From contig CM097885.1 of the NCBI GenBank assembly GCA_044892525.1, forward strand, positions 12,650,001 through 12,714,000: a stretch of DNA of 64,000 bases. The letters run 5' to 3'. This DNA is from Schmidtea polychroa. Its lineage: Eukaryota. The position numbers were made by a program, and so were the translations under genes. Positions 1 to 11,387 of the stretch are shown here, piece after piece; position 1 is the first letter of the stretch; the number at the start of each line of letters is the position of its first letter. The notes beneath the pieces are model-generated. The model did no database searches. It was not told the origin of the DNA and saw nothing but the letters and a program-made list of their open reading frames with translations.

Positions 1-2
1 GT

Positions 3-3000
3 ATGATAGATGACGTAGTCATGATGTACGACAAAATAATATTACGGGCTGAAGGCGACACCTCGTTAAGTGAAATGGGAATGTGGGATAATCATCAAAT
101 CATCAGAATATTGCCCATGGACGAATTCCGAACAAGAGATATAACATACCAGAAAGAAATACGAGACAGGATGAAAACGCTATACCAAAAATCAGTAGAG
201 ATAATTGAAATTCATCAACAGTGGCTAAAAGAAAAAGAGCTTCAAGGAAAAATAAAGAAACTGAGTACTAGATCCTGCAGACGAACCCCATGGGAAAGGA
301 TGTGGAATGCGGAAAACAAAGAATGGGAAATCAGGAAAGGGATTTTCGTAGAAACAGACATTGGTGAGACAGAAAGTGAATCAGAAGAAGAGGAAGATGA
401 ACCTCCAAAATACGAAGAGGACGAAATAGAATCGATATCGGATGACGAAAGCGAAACGGATGTTACGTCAGAAAGTGAAACGGAAACCAGACATATTCAT
501 GCGATGAGAAAGAAAGAACGCGAATATGCTGATATGGACAGCGAAGAAGCGATGGAAGCTCGAGAACGAGAAGAGAAGGAAAGATATAAACAATTAGGTG
601 ATATCTTAGCAACGGGAGCAAAAAATCAAAAACGACAAGTAATAGCATTGGCTAACATCATCCTAAAGACATCAGAGAATATCCACAATCTAAGAGAAAT
701 GGCGAAAGCGATTGAGGAATACCGACAATATAACGAATGGTACCCAGAACAGCTAGAACAAATTATTAGGAAATGGAGAAACCAAGAATGGGCACAAGAT
801 ACCCAGGAAAGGTATCGTATCCGAGTCAAGTATCCCGACAAAAGCATTGAGGATACAGAAGTACATCCAACAACAAAGATCAGAGAGTTAAAAAAGAAAT
901 TAGCATACGAAACTCCATTTCACCTACAACTATTCGGAAAATCGTTGGATGATAATGCAGATGTCGGAATAACACCCATGAGATTGGGGGAGATCAATGT
1001 ATTGACAATGGCAGAAACATTGGGAAAACCGATTAAAAGGAAGAGCAAATCCAGTAAACCTACGAAAGGTAGCTTGAGTACACCAAGCCCTAACAAAGTG
1101 GCGAGTAAATCAAACGAAACCGAGGAGATCGAGGAGATCATATTGGAAGACAGCGATGAAGGAGCTGGGGAAAGATCACCAATTCTGGTAAGATGGCCGA
1201 CAGGGGCCGAAATATGGACAACAAGCCAACCATCAACTAGCTATCAACAACCAAATAAGCTGAACATAGAGGAAATTGTCGATAATACGACAGAAACCGA
1301 AACTGACGAACAATTTCAACGACAAAAAGGACCAACGAAAGCAATACCAGAAGGTCAAACGGACAAAATAATAGACGAATGGAATGAGTGGCTGAGAAAC
1401 AACGCTAGCTCATTGCCAAGAACAGATAACGAGAGAAACCCGAATTATGAAACGACAAGAGAAGCCGGAACAATGATGGAGAAACGGGCAAAAGGAAGAC
1501 CCAAGAAGCAAGGAGAAAAACCAGAATTTAAAACCAGAGAACAGTTGAAACAGGAACAAGGACAAGTCAGATTAGAGAAATTGGATAAAATAGTATGGGA
1601 CCTAAAAGAGGCCCAGCCAACAATCGAAAGAGGCGAAAAATGGATACGAGAGCTAGTAAAAGATATGCTAATAATAACGAACCCACAATTGCGACGGTTA
1701 TGGCAACGAAAAGTAGCAAGCGTAGATGCCAGACAGCTATGGAATACAATATCCGGAATAATTCCGAAATTAATCAAAGAGAAGACAAAAACCACTAAAA
1801 CCGATTGGGAAGAGACAAGAAGAGTAATTGAACAATTAACTTTAAACGCAAACGACGACGAACATCATTTAGTAGTATTAACGTATCTAATGTACAATTT
1901 GATGGGATTAGCAGCAAGGAAAATACCTAACAAACAATTCGCAAATCATGTAGAAATGACCGTTACAATCATTGAAAATACAATCGAACCACATATTATC
2001 CGTGCCGGTGGGTGGAAAAGACTCATACAAGCGCCACGAAAAAACGAGCAAGAGAGATCAATGCAAATTCGGTTGAAGAAATTGCTAAACGAGCTGGAAT
2101 GGGAATTGCCATTGAAAGACCCAGCCAGCAGAAAAGCGTCGATTAATTCACTAATGATGACCATGATGATATGGGTGCTCTGCACCAGTGGAGCCGCGGG
2201 ATTTACAATTTACGACTGTGACAATTCGATAATGGGAGAAAAATATTCCTTGAGGGATATAGAGGAATGTAGACAAGCATCTCCGAATAAATTGGATGTC
2301 GTGAAAAAGAAAGTCTCTTATCATGTATACCAAGAATCAGATTTTATTAGAACACAAGCAAGAGAATGCGTAGTATCAAAGAAGGTGTTGGCATATTACT
2401 GTGGACAATATTCGTATTCAACTCTTATATTACCCGGATTAGATAAAGAAATAGTACCTATACAACGAGAAGACTGTAAAGAGCTTTTTAGAACTGGAGC
2501 GATGAGAATCAGGGATGGAGTAACAATACACGGACAAAGCGGGATGATCAAGACTGAAAGCATCTATGTAGCCGGACGAGTAAAATCGACTGATGGATCA
2601 TGTAACGGAGGCACATACACGATCAGAGGAGAAGTGATCTCGGGAGTAGTAGTAATTGAGTCCTACACAGTGGAGTTGAAGGAATACGAAGCGCAATTCG
2701 ACGCAAACAACTATCAAATGAAAACCAACCCAGCATGTAGAGCCACGGAAAACGTGTGTAGAACGGGAATTTCGACTATAATCTATGAAGCTAACACCCA
2801 AAAATGCCGACTCCAATTGTTAAAAAGTGCTTTGTTCAACGAAGTAAAAGGAGAAATTTACGAAAACGAGGATGACGATGAAGAGAATGGAAACGTAAGG
2901 ATGCGAAATGGGAAACCAGTTCCACCATCCCCCAAAGAAAAGAGACTCACAACACAAAAAACACCAACGGCATTAATTACAGATGATCCAGATATCGGTA

Positions 3001-6000
3001 TGAGATTCATCAGAGAAAAAGAGACCACCAAATGTGACAGCATAGTATATCGGACGAACTACGCAGGTATTTACATGTCAAGACAAGTAATAGACCGAGC
3101 AGTGGGAAAGGTAGCAACAGAGGACGTAAAATTGTACCTGTACGCCAATAACAAAATGGACTTTTTATTCCATCGAGGACAAACGACAATGCAAAAAGTA
3201 TATTACGATCTTATACAAAATGACTGTTCATTGAATAAAGAGATACTAAAAACAAAATTAGCCATCGCAATAACACACCCAGATAACACAATGCCATCAC
3301 TCCCGTTACCGGATGGACATTTTGGTAGAATGGTGGGAGAGGTAATGTATACATATGCATGTACCAAGACGTTTGCGCGACTGCCAAGAAAGCCCACAAT
3401 TCCACCAGGGAAATGCGCAAACGAGTTGGAAATTAGTTACAAGGGGCGAAACAGATTCGTTCAACCCGTCACTAGAATTATGAACCCAATTGGATTTTAT
3501 CCGAACACCTTTAACTGTTCAAATGCATACGGACCGTTATATGAAAAACCCGATGGGAAATGGATAATGTTACCGGTAAAAACCGAAGTACAAGAGCCTA
3601 AAAAGTTTGGATTAATAGAACTCGCAACAGAGCAAGATTTCAAACCAATTGATGTGTCAAAAGCAGGTATGTACTCACCAGAGGATTTAGAAACAGCACG
3701 ACTAAACGTACTATTCCCAGCAAGGCGAGAATCCATTTTATCGAATATGGTTACCATAACCGGAGGAACAAATTTTCAATCAGGTCCAAATTATGAATTA
3801 TTATTGTCACCCGATCATTTTCAACAAGCCACGTCAAACATGATGAAAGCAATGTGGGGAAGATTTCTAGTGTTTGGTCAGATGATGGCAGGAATATTGG
3901 GAATCATCTTGATTATCCAGATTGTCAGAGTAATATTGACTCAAATGTTAGCGTGTTTTGATATCTATAAGAGGGAAAAGAAAGTAAATTGGAAATTGAT
4001 AGTAGGTTTTTTACCATTTTTGGCGAAAACAATGGTGTTGCACGGTCATTCTAAAGATATACACAGAATAAAACGATTAATCAAAATACTGACAAAAATA
4101 AAAGGGACTGACGAGGAAGTCGGTAGACGATTTCGGAAAACAATGTATGATGAAGCAACAAGGACGCAACTGAAAAAGAACAAACCAAAATTTTTAGACA
4201 GATTTAGAAATCGATCAAACAGCAGCGATAGTGATGATGATGATAACGGGAATGACAAATATCCATATCCAAGTAGAAACCCGAACGAAAGGCAAATAGA
4301 AACAGCACCATTTTGGGAGAAAGAAAAAACAAATACCTGGATAGCTAACGGGAGCTATATACCACCAGATATCGTTGGACAACAAACAGCTTTGACCATG
4401 ACACAAAATATGTATCCACAGTTACCAAGTCAACCAGGAATGAACTATATGCCAACCCGAAGAACGAAAAGCGTAGACCAAGCTGATGACGTTCGAACAA
4501 TAGCAGTAATGAGTTCACCAGGAGGCGCGGCAGTAACAGTCATGATCCAAATCAACGGGAAAGAGACAAGCGCAATGATAGATACCGGAGCAAATGTATC
4601 AGCAATAGCAATAAACCAAATACCCAGTAAATGTTGGAAAGACATCGAACAAACAACTATCCATATTATTGCATGCAGTAAAGAAACCGTAGACGTAGTA
4701 GGAAGATGGTGGACTACGTTACGATATCAAGATAATGAAATTGAAACGTATCTAGCGGTGATACCCAAACTGAGTGAACCATGTATAATCGGAACGGATT
4801 TAATGCCGGAATTGTTCAAAGAAGTAGTAATAGATCTAACAACAATGTGCCTAAAAGATAAAATGGGTAGAATATGCAAAATGAACGCAATAATCAGATG
4901 TCCGGAGAAAATAATTGTACCAGCAAAATCCCAGATGATATGTCAAATAAAAGTGGATGCAGGAATGGAAGGAGAAGCCATTTTTGAGCCAAGTAAATCA
5001 TTCGAAAAACGACGAGAATTACCATTAGCAAGAGAAATAATAACAATAAATGACGAAGGGGAAATACCAATTAACATCACAAATTTCGAGGAAGAAGACA
5101 AGATCATATATGAAAATGAAAGATTGGGTAGATTGACACCCATGATAGACATCGAATTACCAAAAATCACCAATGAAACAACGAAAGCTGACGAATTATG
5201 GATAATCGATAGCACATTGCTAACGGAAAAAGAAAAGGAAAGACTTCAACAATTATTGATAGAATATAAAGATATATTCGCTATTTCGGACTTAGATTTG
5301 GGAGCATGCGATGTTACATTACACGCAATACCATTAATAGACGAAACTCCAATCGCACTACGTCCATACAAACTAGCAGAGAAGCAAAAAGAGATAGCCG
5401 AAGCAGAAGTACAAAAAATGCTAGATGCACAAGTGATCGAACCAAGTTGTTCGCCATGGCAATTTCCAGTAGTCATGGTGAAGAAAAAAGACGGTACTCA
5501 GAGATTCTGTATCGATTATCGGAAACTAAACGCAGTAACAAAAAGAGACACATACCCGTTACCAGACATCAATGAGATGTTACTTATGCTGCAGGGGGCC
5601 GCATATTTTACGTCTTTAGATCTAAAAAGCGGATATTGGCAGATCAAAGTTAAAGAGGAAGACAAGGAGAAAACGGCCTTCACGTTGGGTCGAGACCTGT
5701 ATCAATTCAGGAAAATGCCATTTGGACTGACCAATGCCCCAGCATCATTTCAGAGATGTATGAATTTCGTCACGCACGGGATCAAGCAGTGCATGGTATA
5801 TATTGATGATTTATTAATATATTCAGCAACATTCGAACAACATTTGGAAGATATCAGAAACGTGTTCGTTCGATTACGACAATGGAAATTGAAACTCAAA
5901 CCATCAAAGTGTGATTGGGCAAAAGAAAAAGTTACGTTCTTAGGACACATAGTGTCAGCAAAAGGCAAAGAACCAGATCCAAGAAACATAGAAAAAATAA

Positions 6001-8390
6001 AAACATGTCCAGCACCAAAAACTGTCACCCAAGTTCAAGAATTTCTCGGATTATGCGGATATTATCGAAAATTCATCAAAAACTACGCAGGTATTGCGAA
6101 ACCAATACAGGAATTAGTGAAAAAGGATATTTCATTTATTTGGGGTGCAGAACAACAAAAAGCATTTGAGACATTGCGAGATAAATTAATTGAAGCCCCA
6201 ATACTGGTACATCCTGATTTCAAGAAACCGTTCTTATTAGCAACAGATGCAAGTGGATATGCAGCCGGAGCAATATTAGGACAACTGGATGAAGAAGGAA
6301 AAGAAAGAGTGATTGGATACTACAGCAGAACGTTTAAAAAGCACGAGAAAAACTATTCCGTAACCGAGAGAGAAGCGTTAGCAATTATACAAGCGATTAA
6401 ACATTTTCGATATTTGTTATGGGGACACGAAATATGTATCACCACAGATCACCAACCATTAGTATGGCTCGGTCAGCATAAGGAGGCGTCAAGCAGATTG
6501 ATGCGATGGGCAATGCAGTTACAAGAATATTCACCGTTCATAAAATTCAAAGCGGGAAGAGCGAATGCCAATGCAGATTGTATGTCAAGATTTATCTTTC
6601 CAGATTTAGTAGATCACGAAATGCAACGAATATGTCTGATGGTGGCGGAAGATTTAGATTTTTGCCAATTACGGAAAGACCAACAAGAGGATACAGAGTT
6701 GAAGCAAATCATTGAATATGTGAAAACAGGGAAAGCAGAGGTATATGAGAAAGATCAAAAATTGAAGGAGCATATGGATAAACATCGACATCGATATATA
6801 ATAGAGAAAGATTGGTTATTGATAATGGATGGCGAGAAAAGACTGATGTGCATTCCAGAAAATAGACGTAAAGATTTGCTAACGCAATATCATGACGGAA
6901 GACTCGGAGGACATATGTCATCCAAAAGGACGTTAGCCCGAATGAAACAAAAGTATTTTTGGCCTACCTTGACCGAGGATGTAACGGAATGGGTGAAAAA
7001 TTGCATAACTTGCGCCACCAGAAAAAACACGGGAACAAAATGGAAGGCACCATTAAAGCCAATGCCAGTACCAGCAGAACCAATGACAATGATATCTATG
7101 GATGTAGTCGGTCCATTACCAGAATCAGATAGAGGGAATATATATATATTGGTGATTACGGATTATTTGACGAAATTCCCCGAAGCATTCGCTATGGCAG
7201 ATCAGAAAGCAAGAACAATCGCGAAAATACTAGTAGAGGAGATATGCTGTCGATATGGAACACCAAAACAGATATTAACTGATCAAGGAACAAATTTCAT
7301 GAGTGAAATAATGAGCGAAGTCACCAACTACTTCAAGATCGCAAAATTAAGAACATCACCGTACCATCCACAAACTAATGGTATGACAGAAAGATTCAAT
7401 GGAACATTGATTCAAATGTTATCAAATTATGTCGATCGTCACCAACGGGATTGGGATGAGTATATAAAATTGTGTTTAATGGCTTACAGAATGTCAATTC
7501 ACGCGTCCACAAAGATGAGTCCGTTCAAGTTGATGTACGGCAGAGAATGCAATATGCCAATGGATTTAGAATATCAGCCACCAATATCACAGTATATGGA
7601 AATAGATGATTATGTAACCAAGTTCAAGGAAAGAATGCAAGAAATCTGGGAAACTGCGGGATTAAATATAAAGTTTTATCAGGAAAGTTACAAAGATCTG
7701 CATGATAGAAAGAAAAACGTTAAACAACATACATTTCAAACCGGTGATTGGGTGATGATCGAAACACCAGAATTAATTCCAGGAACCACCAAAAAATTAC
7801 AACGAAACGGCAAAGGTCCGTATGAGATTCTATTCGTCGGAGAAACCAATGTGAGAGTACGATTGGTAAACAACCCCTTCACGAGGCCAATATATGTAAA
7901 CGTGGCACGATGTAAGCCAATACCGAAAACAGCCACCAGCCAGCCGGAAGGGCGAACATTAACAACAAGATCACAAACGTATAGAATAAATATGTTACAG
8001 CAGATAAACGAACCAACAGGTAACCGATTGGGGTTACAACCATCAGAAGCCGAGAAAATCATAAAGGAAGTGAAAGCTAAAATGCCCGGATGGGCAAAAG
8101 ACAGATTAGATTTTGAGATATTGGGAGGTCTGCTAACCATGATCGAAAACTATGCAAACCGAGAAAGAACACACCCATTACTCAGGGTAGTAAAAAGTCA
8201 ATGGCCTATATTATTTACGATCACAGACCATTATGGAGATACACCGCTGCACAAACTTTTAAAGGTCGGGAATAATGAACAAATACTGGAAACGATCGAA
8301 GCATTTCGCGACTGTAACATTTCGACGGATCAAGAAAACAACCAAGGTTACACTCCACTAATGATAGCAGCCAATCGGGATAAAGCTTAA
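3..8390 (+). CDS. pol: Retroelement polyprotein (UBL, Bcl-2-like, glycoprotein, aspartic protease, RT, RNase H, integrase, start of ankyrin repeats); frame open at window start
   Basis: AMIDTGANVS (DTG at 4581), RFCIDYRKLN, LDLKSGYWQ, MPFGL, YIDD (5799-5810), ATDASG, H-x6-H...CxxC, DVVGP/TDQG/ERFN integrase motifs, GPY motif. Confidence 0.97.
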   Translation: MIDDVVMMYDKIILRAEGDTSLSEMGMWDNHQIIRILPMDEFRTRDITYQKEIRDRMKTLYQKSVEIIEIHQQWLKEKELQGKIKKLSTRSCRRTPWERMWNAENKEWEIRKGIFVETDIGETESESEEEEDEPPKYEEDEIESISDDESETDVTSESETETRHIHAMRKKEREYADMDSEEAMEAREREEKERYKQLGDILATGAKNQKRQVIALANIILKTSENIHNLREMAKAIEEYRQYNEWYPEQLEQIIRKWRNQEWAQDTQERYRIRVKYPDKSIEDTEVHPTTKIRELKKKLAYETPFHLQLFGKSLDDNADVGITPMRLGEINVLTMAETLGKPIKRKSKSSKPTKGSLSTPSPNKVASKSNETEEIEEIILEDSDEGAGERSPILVRWPTGAEIWTTSQPSTSYQQPNKLNIEEIVDNTTETETDEQFQRQKGPTKAIPEGQTDKIIDEWNEWLRNNASSLPRTDNERNPNYETTREAGTMMEKRAKGRPKKQGEKPEFKTREQLKQEQGQVRLEKLDKIVWDLKEAQPTIERGEKWIRELVKDMLIITNPQLRRLWQRKVASVDARQLWNTISGIIPKLIKEKTKTTKTDWEETRRVIEQLTLNANDDEHHLVVLTYLMYNLMGLAARKIPNKQFANHVEMTVTIIENTIEPHIIRAGGWKRLIQAPRKNEQERSMQIRLKKLLNELEWELPLKDPASRKASINSLMMTMMIWVLCTSGAAGFTIYDCDNSIMGEKYSLRDIEECRQASPNKLDVVKKKVSYHVYQESDFIRTQARECVVSKKVLAYYCGQYSYSTLILPGLDKEIVPIQREDCKELFRTGAMRIRDGVTIHGQSGMIKTESIYVAGRVKSTDGSCNGGTYTIRGEVISGVVVIESYTVELKEYEAQFDANNYQMKTNPACRATENVCRTGISTIIYEANTQKCRLQLLKSALFNEVKGEIYENEDDDEENGNVRMRNGKPVPPSPKEKRLTTQKTPTALITDDPDIGMRFIREKETTKCDSIVYRTNYAGIYMSRQVIDRAVGKVATEDVKLYLYANNKMDFLFHRGQTTMQKVYYDLIQNDCSLNKEILKTKLAIAITHPDNTMPSLPLPDGHFGRMVGEVMYTYACTKTFARLPRKPTIPPGKCANELEISYKGRNRFVQPVTRIMNPIGFYPNTFNCSNAYGPLYEKPDGKWIMLPVKTEVQEPKKFGLIELATEQDFKPIDVSKAGMYSPEDLETARLNVLFPARRESILSNMVTITGGTNFQSGPNYELLLSPDHFQQATSNMMKAMWGRFLVFGQMMAGILGIILIIQIVRVILTQMLACFDIYKREKKVNWKLIVGFLPFLAKTMVLHGHSKDIHRIKRLIKILTKIKGTDEEVGRRFRKTMYDEATRTQLKKNKPKFLDRFRNRSNSSDSDDDDNGNDKYPYPSRNPNERQIETAPFWEKEKTNTWIANGSYIPPDIVGQQTALTMTQNMYPQLPSQPGMNYMPTRRTKSVDQADDVRTIAVMSSPGGAAVTVMIQINGKETSAMIDTGANVSAIAINQIPSKCWKDIEQTTIHIIACSKETVDVVGRWWTTLRYQDNEIETYLAVIPKLSEPCIIGTDLMPELFKEVVIDLTTMCLKDKMGRICKMNAIIRCPEKIIVPAKSQMICQIKVDAGMEGEAIFEPSKSFEKRRELPLAREIITINDEGEIPINITNFEEEDKIIYENERLGRLTPMIDIELPKITNETTKADELWIIDSTLLTEKEKERLQQLLIEYKDIFAISDLDLGACDVTLHAIPLIDETPIALRPYKLAEKQKEIAEAEVQKMLDAQVIEPSCSPWQFPVVMVKKKDGTQRFCIDYRKLNAVTKRDTYPLPDINEMLLMLQGAAYFTSLDLKSGYWQIKVKEEDKEKTAFTLGRDLYQFRKMPFGLTNAPASFQRCMNFVTHGIKQCMVYIDDLLIYSATFEQHLEDIRNVFVRLRQWKLKLKPSKCDWAKEKVTFLGHIVSAKGKEPDPRNIEKIKTCPAPKTVTQVQEFLGLCGYYRKFIKNYAGIAKPIQELVKKDISFIWGAEQQKAFETLRDKLIEAPILVHPDFKKPFLLATDASGYAAGAILGQLDEEGKERVIGYYSRTFKKHEKNYSVTEREALAIIQAIKHFRYLLWGHEICITTDHQPLVWLGQHKEASSRLMRWAMQLQEYSPFIKFKAGRANANADCMSRFIFPDLVDHEMQRICLMVAEDLDFCQLRKDQQEDTELKQIIEYVKTGKAEVYEKDQKLKEHMDKHRHRYIIEKDWLLIMDGEKRLMCIPENRRKDLLTQYHDGRLGGHMSSKRTLARMKQKYFWPTLTEDVTEWVKNCITCATRKNTGTKWKAPLKPMPVPAEPMTMISMDVVGPLPESDRGNIYILVITDYLTKFPEAFAMADQKARTIAKILVEEICCRYGTPKQILTDQGTNFMSEIMSEVTNYFKIAKLRTSPYHPQTNGMTERFNGTLIQMLSNYVDRHQRDWDEYIKLCLMAYRMSIHASTKMSPFKLMYGRECNMPMDLEYQPPISQYMEIDDYVTKFKERMQEIWETAGLNIKFYQESYKDLHDRKKNVKQHTFQTGDWVMIETPELIPGTTKKLQRNGKGPYEILFVGETNVRVRLVNNPFTRPIYVNVARCKPIPKTATSQPEGRTLTTRSQTYRINMLQQINEPTGNRLGLQPSEAEKIIKEVKAKMPGWAKDRLDFEILGGLLTMIENYANRERTHPLLRVVKSQWPILFTITDHYGDTPLHKLLKVGNNEQILETIEAFRDCNISTDQENNQGYTPLMIAANRDKA
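810..1010 (+). other. Ubiquitin-like domain within polyprotein
   Basis: YRIRVKYPDKSIEDTEVHPTTKIRELKKKL...QLFGKSLDD follows the ubiquitin pattern (I.VK...; V.P..TI..LK.KI; L.F.GK.L.D). Confidence 0.65.
1600..2040 (+). other. Bcl-2-like helical domain within polyprotein
   Basis: BH2-like EPHIIRAGGWKRL, preceded at Bcl-2-like spacing by a hydrophobic helix HLVVLTYLMYNL; canonical NWGR of BH1 absent. Confidence 0.55.
2148..3960 (+). other. Env-like glycoprotein (class III fusion / chuvirus-G-like): internal signal, Cys-rich ectodomain, TM anchor
   Basis: Signal LMMTMMIWVLCTSGAAG then FTIYDC...YSLRDIEEC; ~550-aa Cys-rich ectodomain; TM MMAGILGIILIIQIVRVIL. Confidence 0.75.
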
Positions 8391-11219
8391 GATATTATTA
8401 TCGCATTACTTGAAACTGGGTCAAAGATAACCACACAAGATCACAACCAGAAAAATGCACTACATCATGCAATCGAAGGGAAAAGTACGAAAGCCTTCAT
8501 AATCTTAGTAGATCTATTATCATACGAGGATAATAGGGAGATAGGAAACATGTATGACGGGCTATTAACTGCAATCAAAGAGAAATTAATAACAATTGCT
8601 GGATTACTAATTGCATGGAGGAACCCGATCAAAAACGATTATATGGTAGATATAAACGAAACATTTACCAAAGGAGAAAACACCTTGATGAGAGAAGCGA
8701 TGAGAGGACATCACCTATTCGAAATTCCAAATCAACTACTACAACGTGGCATAAAGTTCTCAAATCACAAAGACGAACAACTAATTAGAAAACGAATTAC
8801 CAACTTCGAAAAAGCTATATCTCAATTTACCGATAAAGTACAAGTAAAATTTTGGGAAACCGTGAGTGTATTATATATGATGGAAAATATGAATAACATT
8901 CGAGAAACTTACCTAAGCATTATTCAAGTTCTAACGGCAGAGGAACGCATTAACAGTTCGAACAAGAAAAAGATAAAAATCAAGAAAATAACAGCAAGGG
9001 AGTCTGAGAAACAAGTCAATCAAATAATAAGCGATATAGCAACAACAAGTAAACCAAAGATAATAAACTCCGACCAAGAGATAGTAGTACGTAAGGCTAA
9101 AGAAGTATTCTTGGAAGAAATGCAAGATCTATCCGATGAAGTGATACTAGCAAAAATAACAAAAACAGTACACACCTACGCAAGAGACCAGACCACAAAT
9201 CTAGACATAGGAAAAATAAAAACATTTATACCACTCGCATTCACCTTACCAACAAAAGATTCAAGAACACCATTACAACAAGCCATTTTAGCAGCAAAAG
9301 AAAACAGAGCAATAACCATCATAAGAATTCTTAGAGACTTCGGAGAAGAATCTAATGCAAAAAATGAATAAGGAGAAACAGCAATGATGTATGCAGCAAT
9401 AACAAAGATACACCCGAAAACCTTACATATACTACATCAATCAGGTTCGAGACTTGACGAAATATCAAACGAAGGAAATTCTACCATGGATTGGGCAACA
9501 ATACAACCAAACTTGGAAATGATTAGATTCATTTGTAAAAATGCTACAAGAACTGAGGTAGAAAATATCTGTAAAAACACGTCACAGTTCCAATGGAACA
9601 CGATACGGATGAACTTAGAAGCCATGAAGTTATTGCTAACATGGAAAATACCGCAAAGCAATAAATATGCAATAAATATAAATGAGTTCTACGAAAACGG
9701 AGAAAATGCTATGGTTAAAAATACACTAACAAAAGGAGGAACTCCGAAAATCATAATGATCGTATTGAACAGAGAAGACCTCAAATTCACGCAAAATCTA
9801 AACGAACAAAAGCGAATCGGAAAACATCGCCGTATACAATTGAGAGAACTGGTAAAAGAATGGAATAGAAAGAGACATGTAGCAACAGGCAGAAAAGAGT
9901 TTGAATTCGAAGCAAAATTAGCAAGAAACAGAGTGCTAACGGCATACCGCAGATTGTTGAATGATATAAATGTCGAGGACGACATTTTAAACGATAGCGG
10001 GGGAGATGAAGACGATAAAGACGACGATAATAATGAAAAAGGTCGAAACGGGAATAAAGAGAAAGAGAAATCAGAGGAGAATAATCAAGAAAATAACGAC
10101 GCGAGTAGGAAAAAAGAGGAAAATAACCCGGGAAACCGAATGAAGCAAGAAGAAAAGACGAATAGTGGAAAACAGAGGGTATGCCTACTTTTTACCAACA
10201 AAGAAATGGAGACAAATATGATGATAATGATACTCGTATTAACAATGGTGGAAATGATAACAGCCCAGGGAGGAATGAGAACGATAAAAGAAGCCAAAGA
10301 AACGGAAAATAAGGACAACAAAGAGGAAGAACTAAAACAAGAAAAGAAAAAACAAGTACAAGAGCAGCAATGGGATCTAAAAGAAGAATGGGATTTAAAA
10401 GAAAGGTGTATATTAGGAAGATGTATGTCTAGAGCTTATCAGAGACTAGTGTTAAAAAATGAAGATGCAGAACCAATAACGGAAGTGGGAATACAAGAAG
10501 CGTACCAACATCGAAACGGGAAGAAGATAACAAAAGTCAAATGGAAAGAGGTACACCTGAGTAAAGGAGGTGAAATAGTGATAACACAGCTTCAACCAAG
10601 AAAAGAGCACAAAGTGTGTATTTCAAGGCTAGGCCCAGGAGAAAATTGTCTACAATATGTAACGCAACAACAACCACCAAAGGAATATACGGTCTGTATC
10701 CTGAGAAACGGTCCAGAAAGAGAATGTCGACGATACCCTGGGAAAAGAGGGAAGAAAAGAAAAATCAATGACGAAAAAGATGAGCAAGGAAAACGCAAGA
10801 AAACCAGTGAGAAACATCAGGACAATTATGTATCCGAGGAGGAGATGGAGAAAATACAAAAAATGGCAAAGGAAGGTATGAACGAGGAAATAGCAAGAAT
10901 ACGAGGAATGATAAAAGGAAATGGCAAAGACGGTAATCTAAAAAGCACAGAGGCAATATCAACAATAACGAACAAGGAAAAAGCGGAAATTATAAGCGTG
11001 AAACAGATGATGTGGATCAGCGGCATAATAATAACAGGGGCCTTTTTAATCATAACGAGGGGGACAATAAAAATAATCAAAGATAGACGGCATCGCGGAG
11101 AACTAGAAATGGCCAGAATAAGAAATTTTCAACATCGTGTAAAACGACCAAGTAATATCAAGCGGGAACAGTGGGTGGAGGCCTGGAATGCTCAGCGCCC
11201 TCCAAGCTCACGTATATAG
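8391..11219 (+). pseudogene. In-frame continuation of the polyprotein: ankyrin repeats, acidic linker, second signal peptide + ectodomain + TM; broken by TAA at 8388-8390 and 9369-9371
   Basis: ORFs starting 3, 8550 and 9384 share one frame; stops fall inside ankyrin repeats (GYTPLMIAANRDKA*DIIIALLETGS; SNAKNE*GETAMMYAA). Confidence 0.85.
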
Positions 11220-11387
11220 AAAGGATTATGACTGTATATAGATTGTAAAAAGTAAGTAGATAATATTTATTTATATAACAGTATGATATATTTTTATATA
11301 ACCGCGGTATCAATATTATATAACGATGGGGATAAATAATATAAAAATAAAATTGGATAAGGGTTGAAAAGTATATATAAATTAAGA

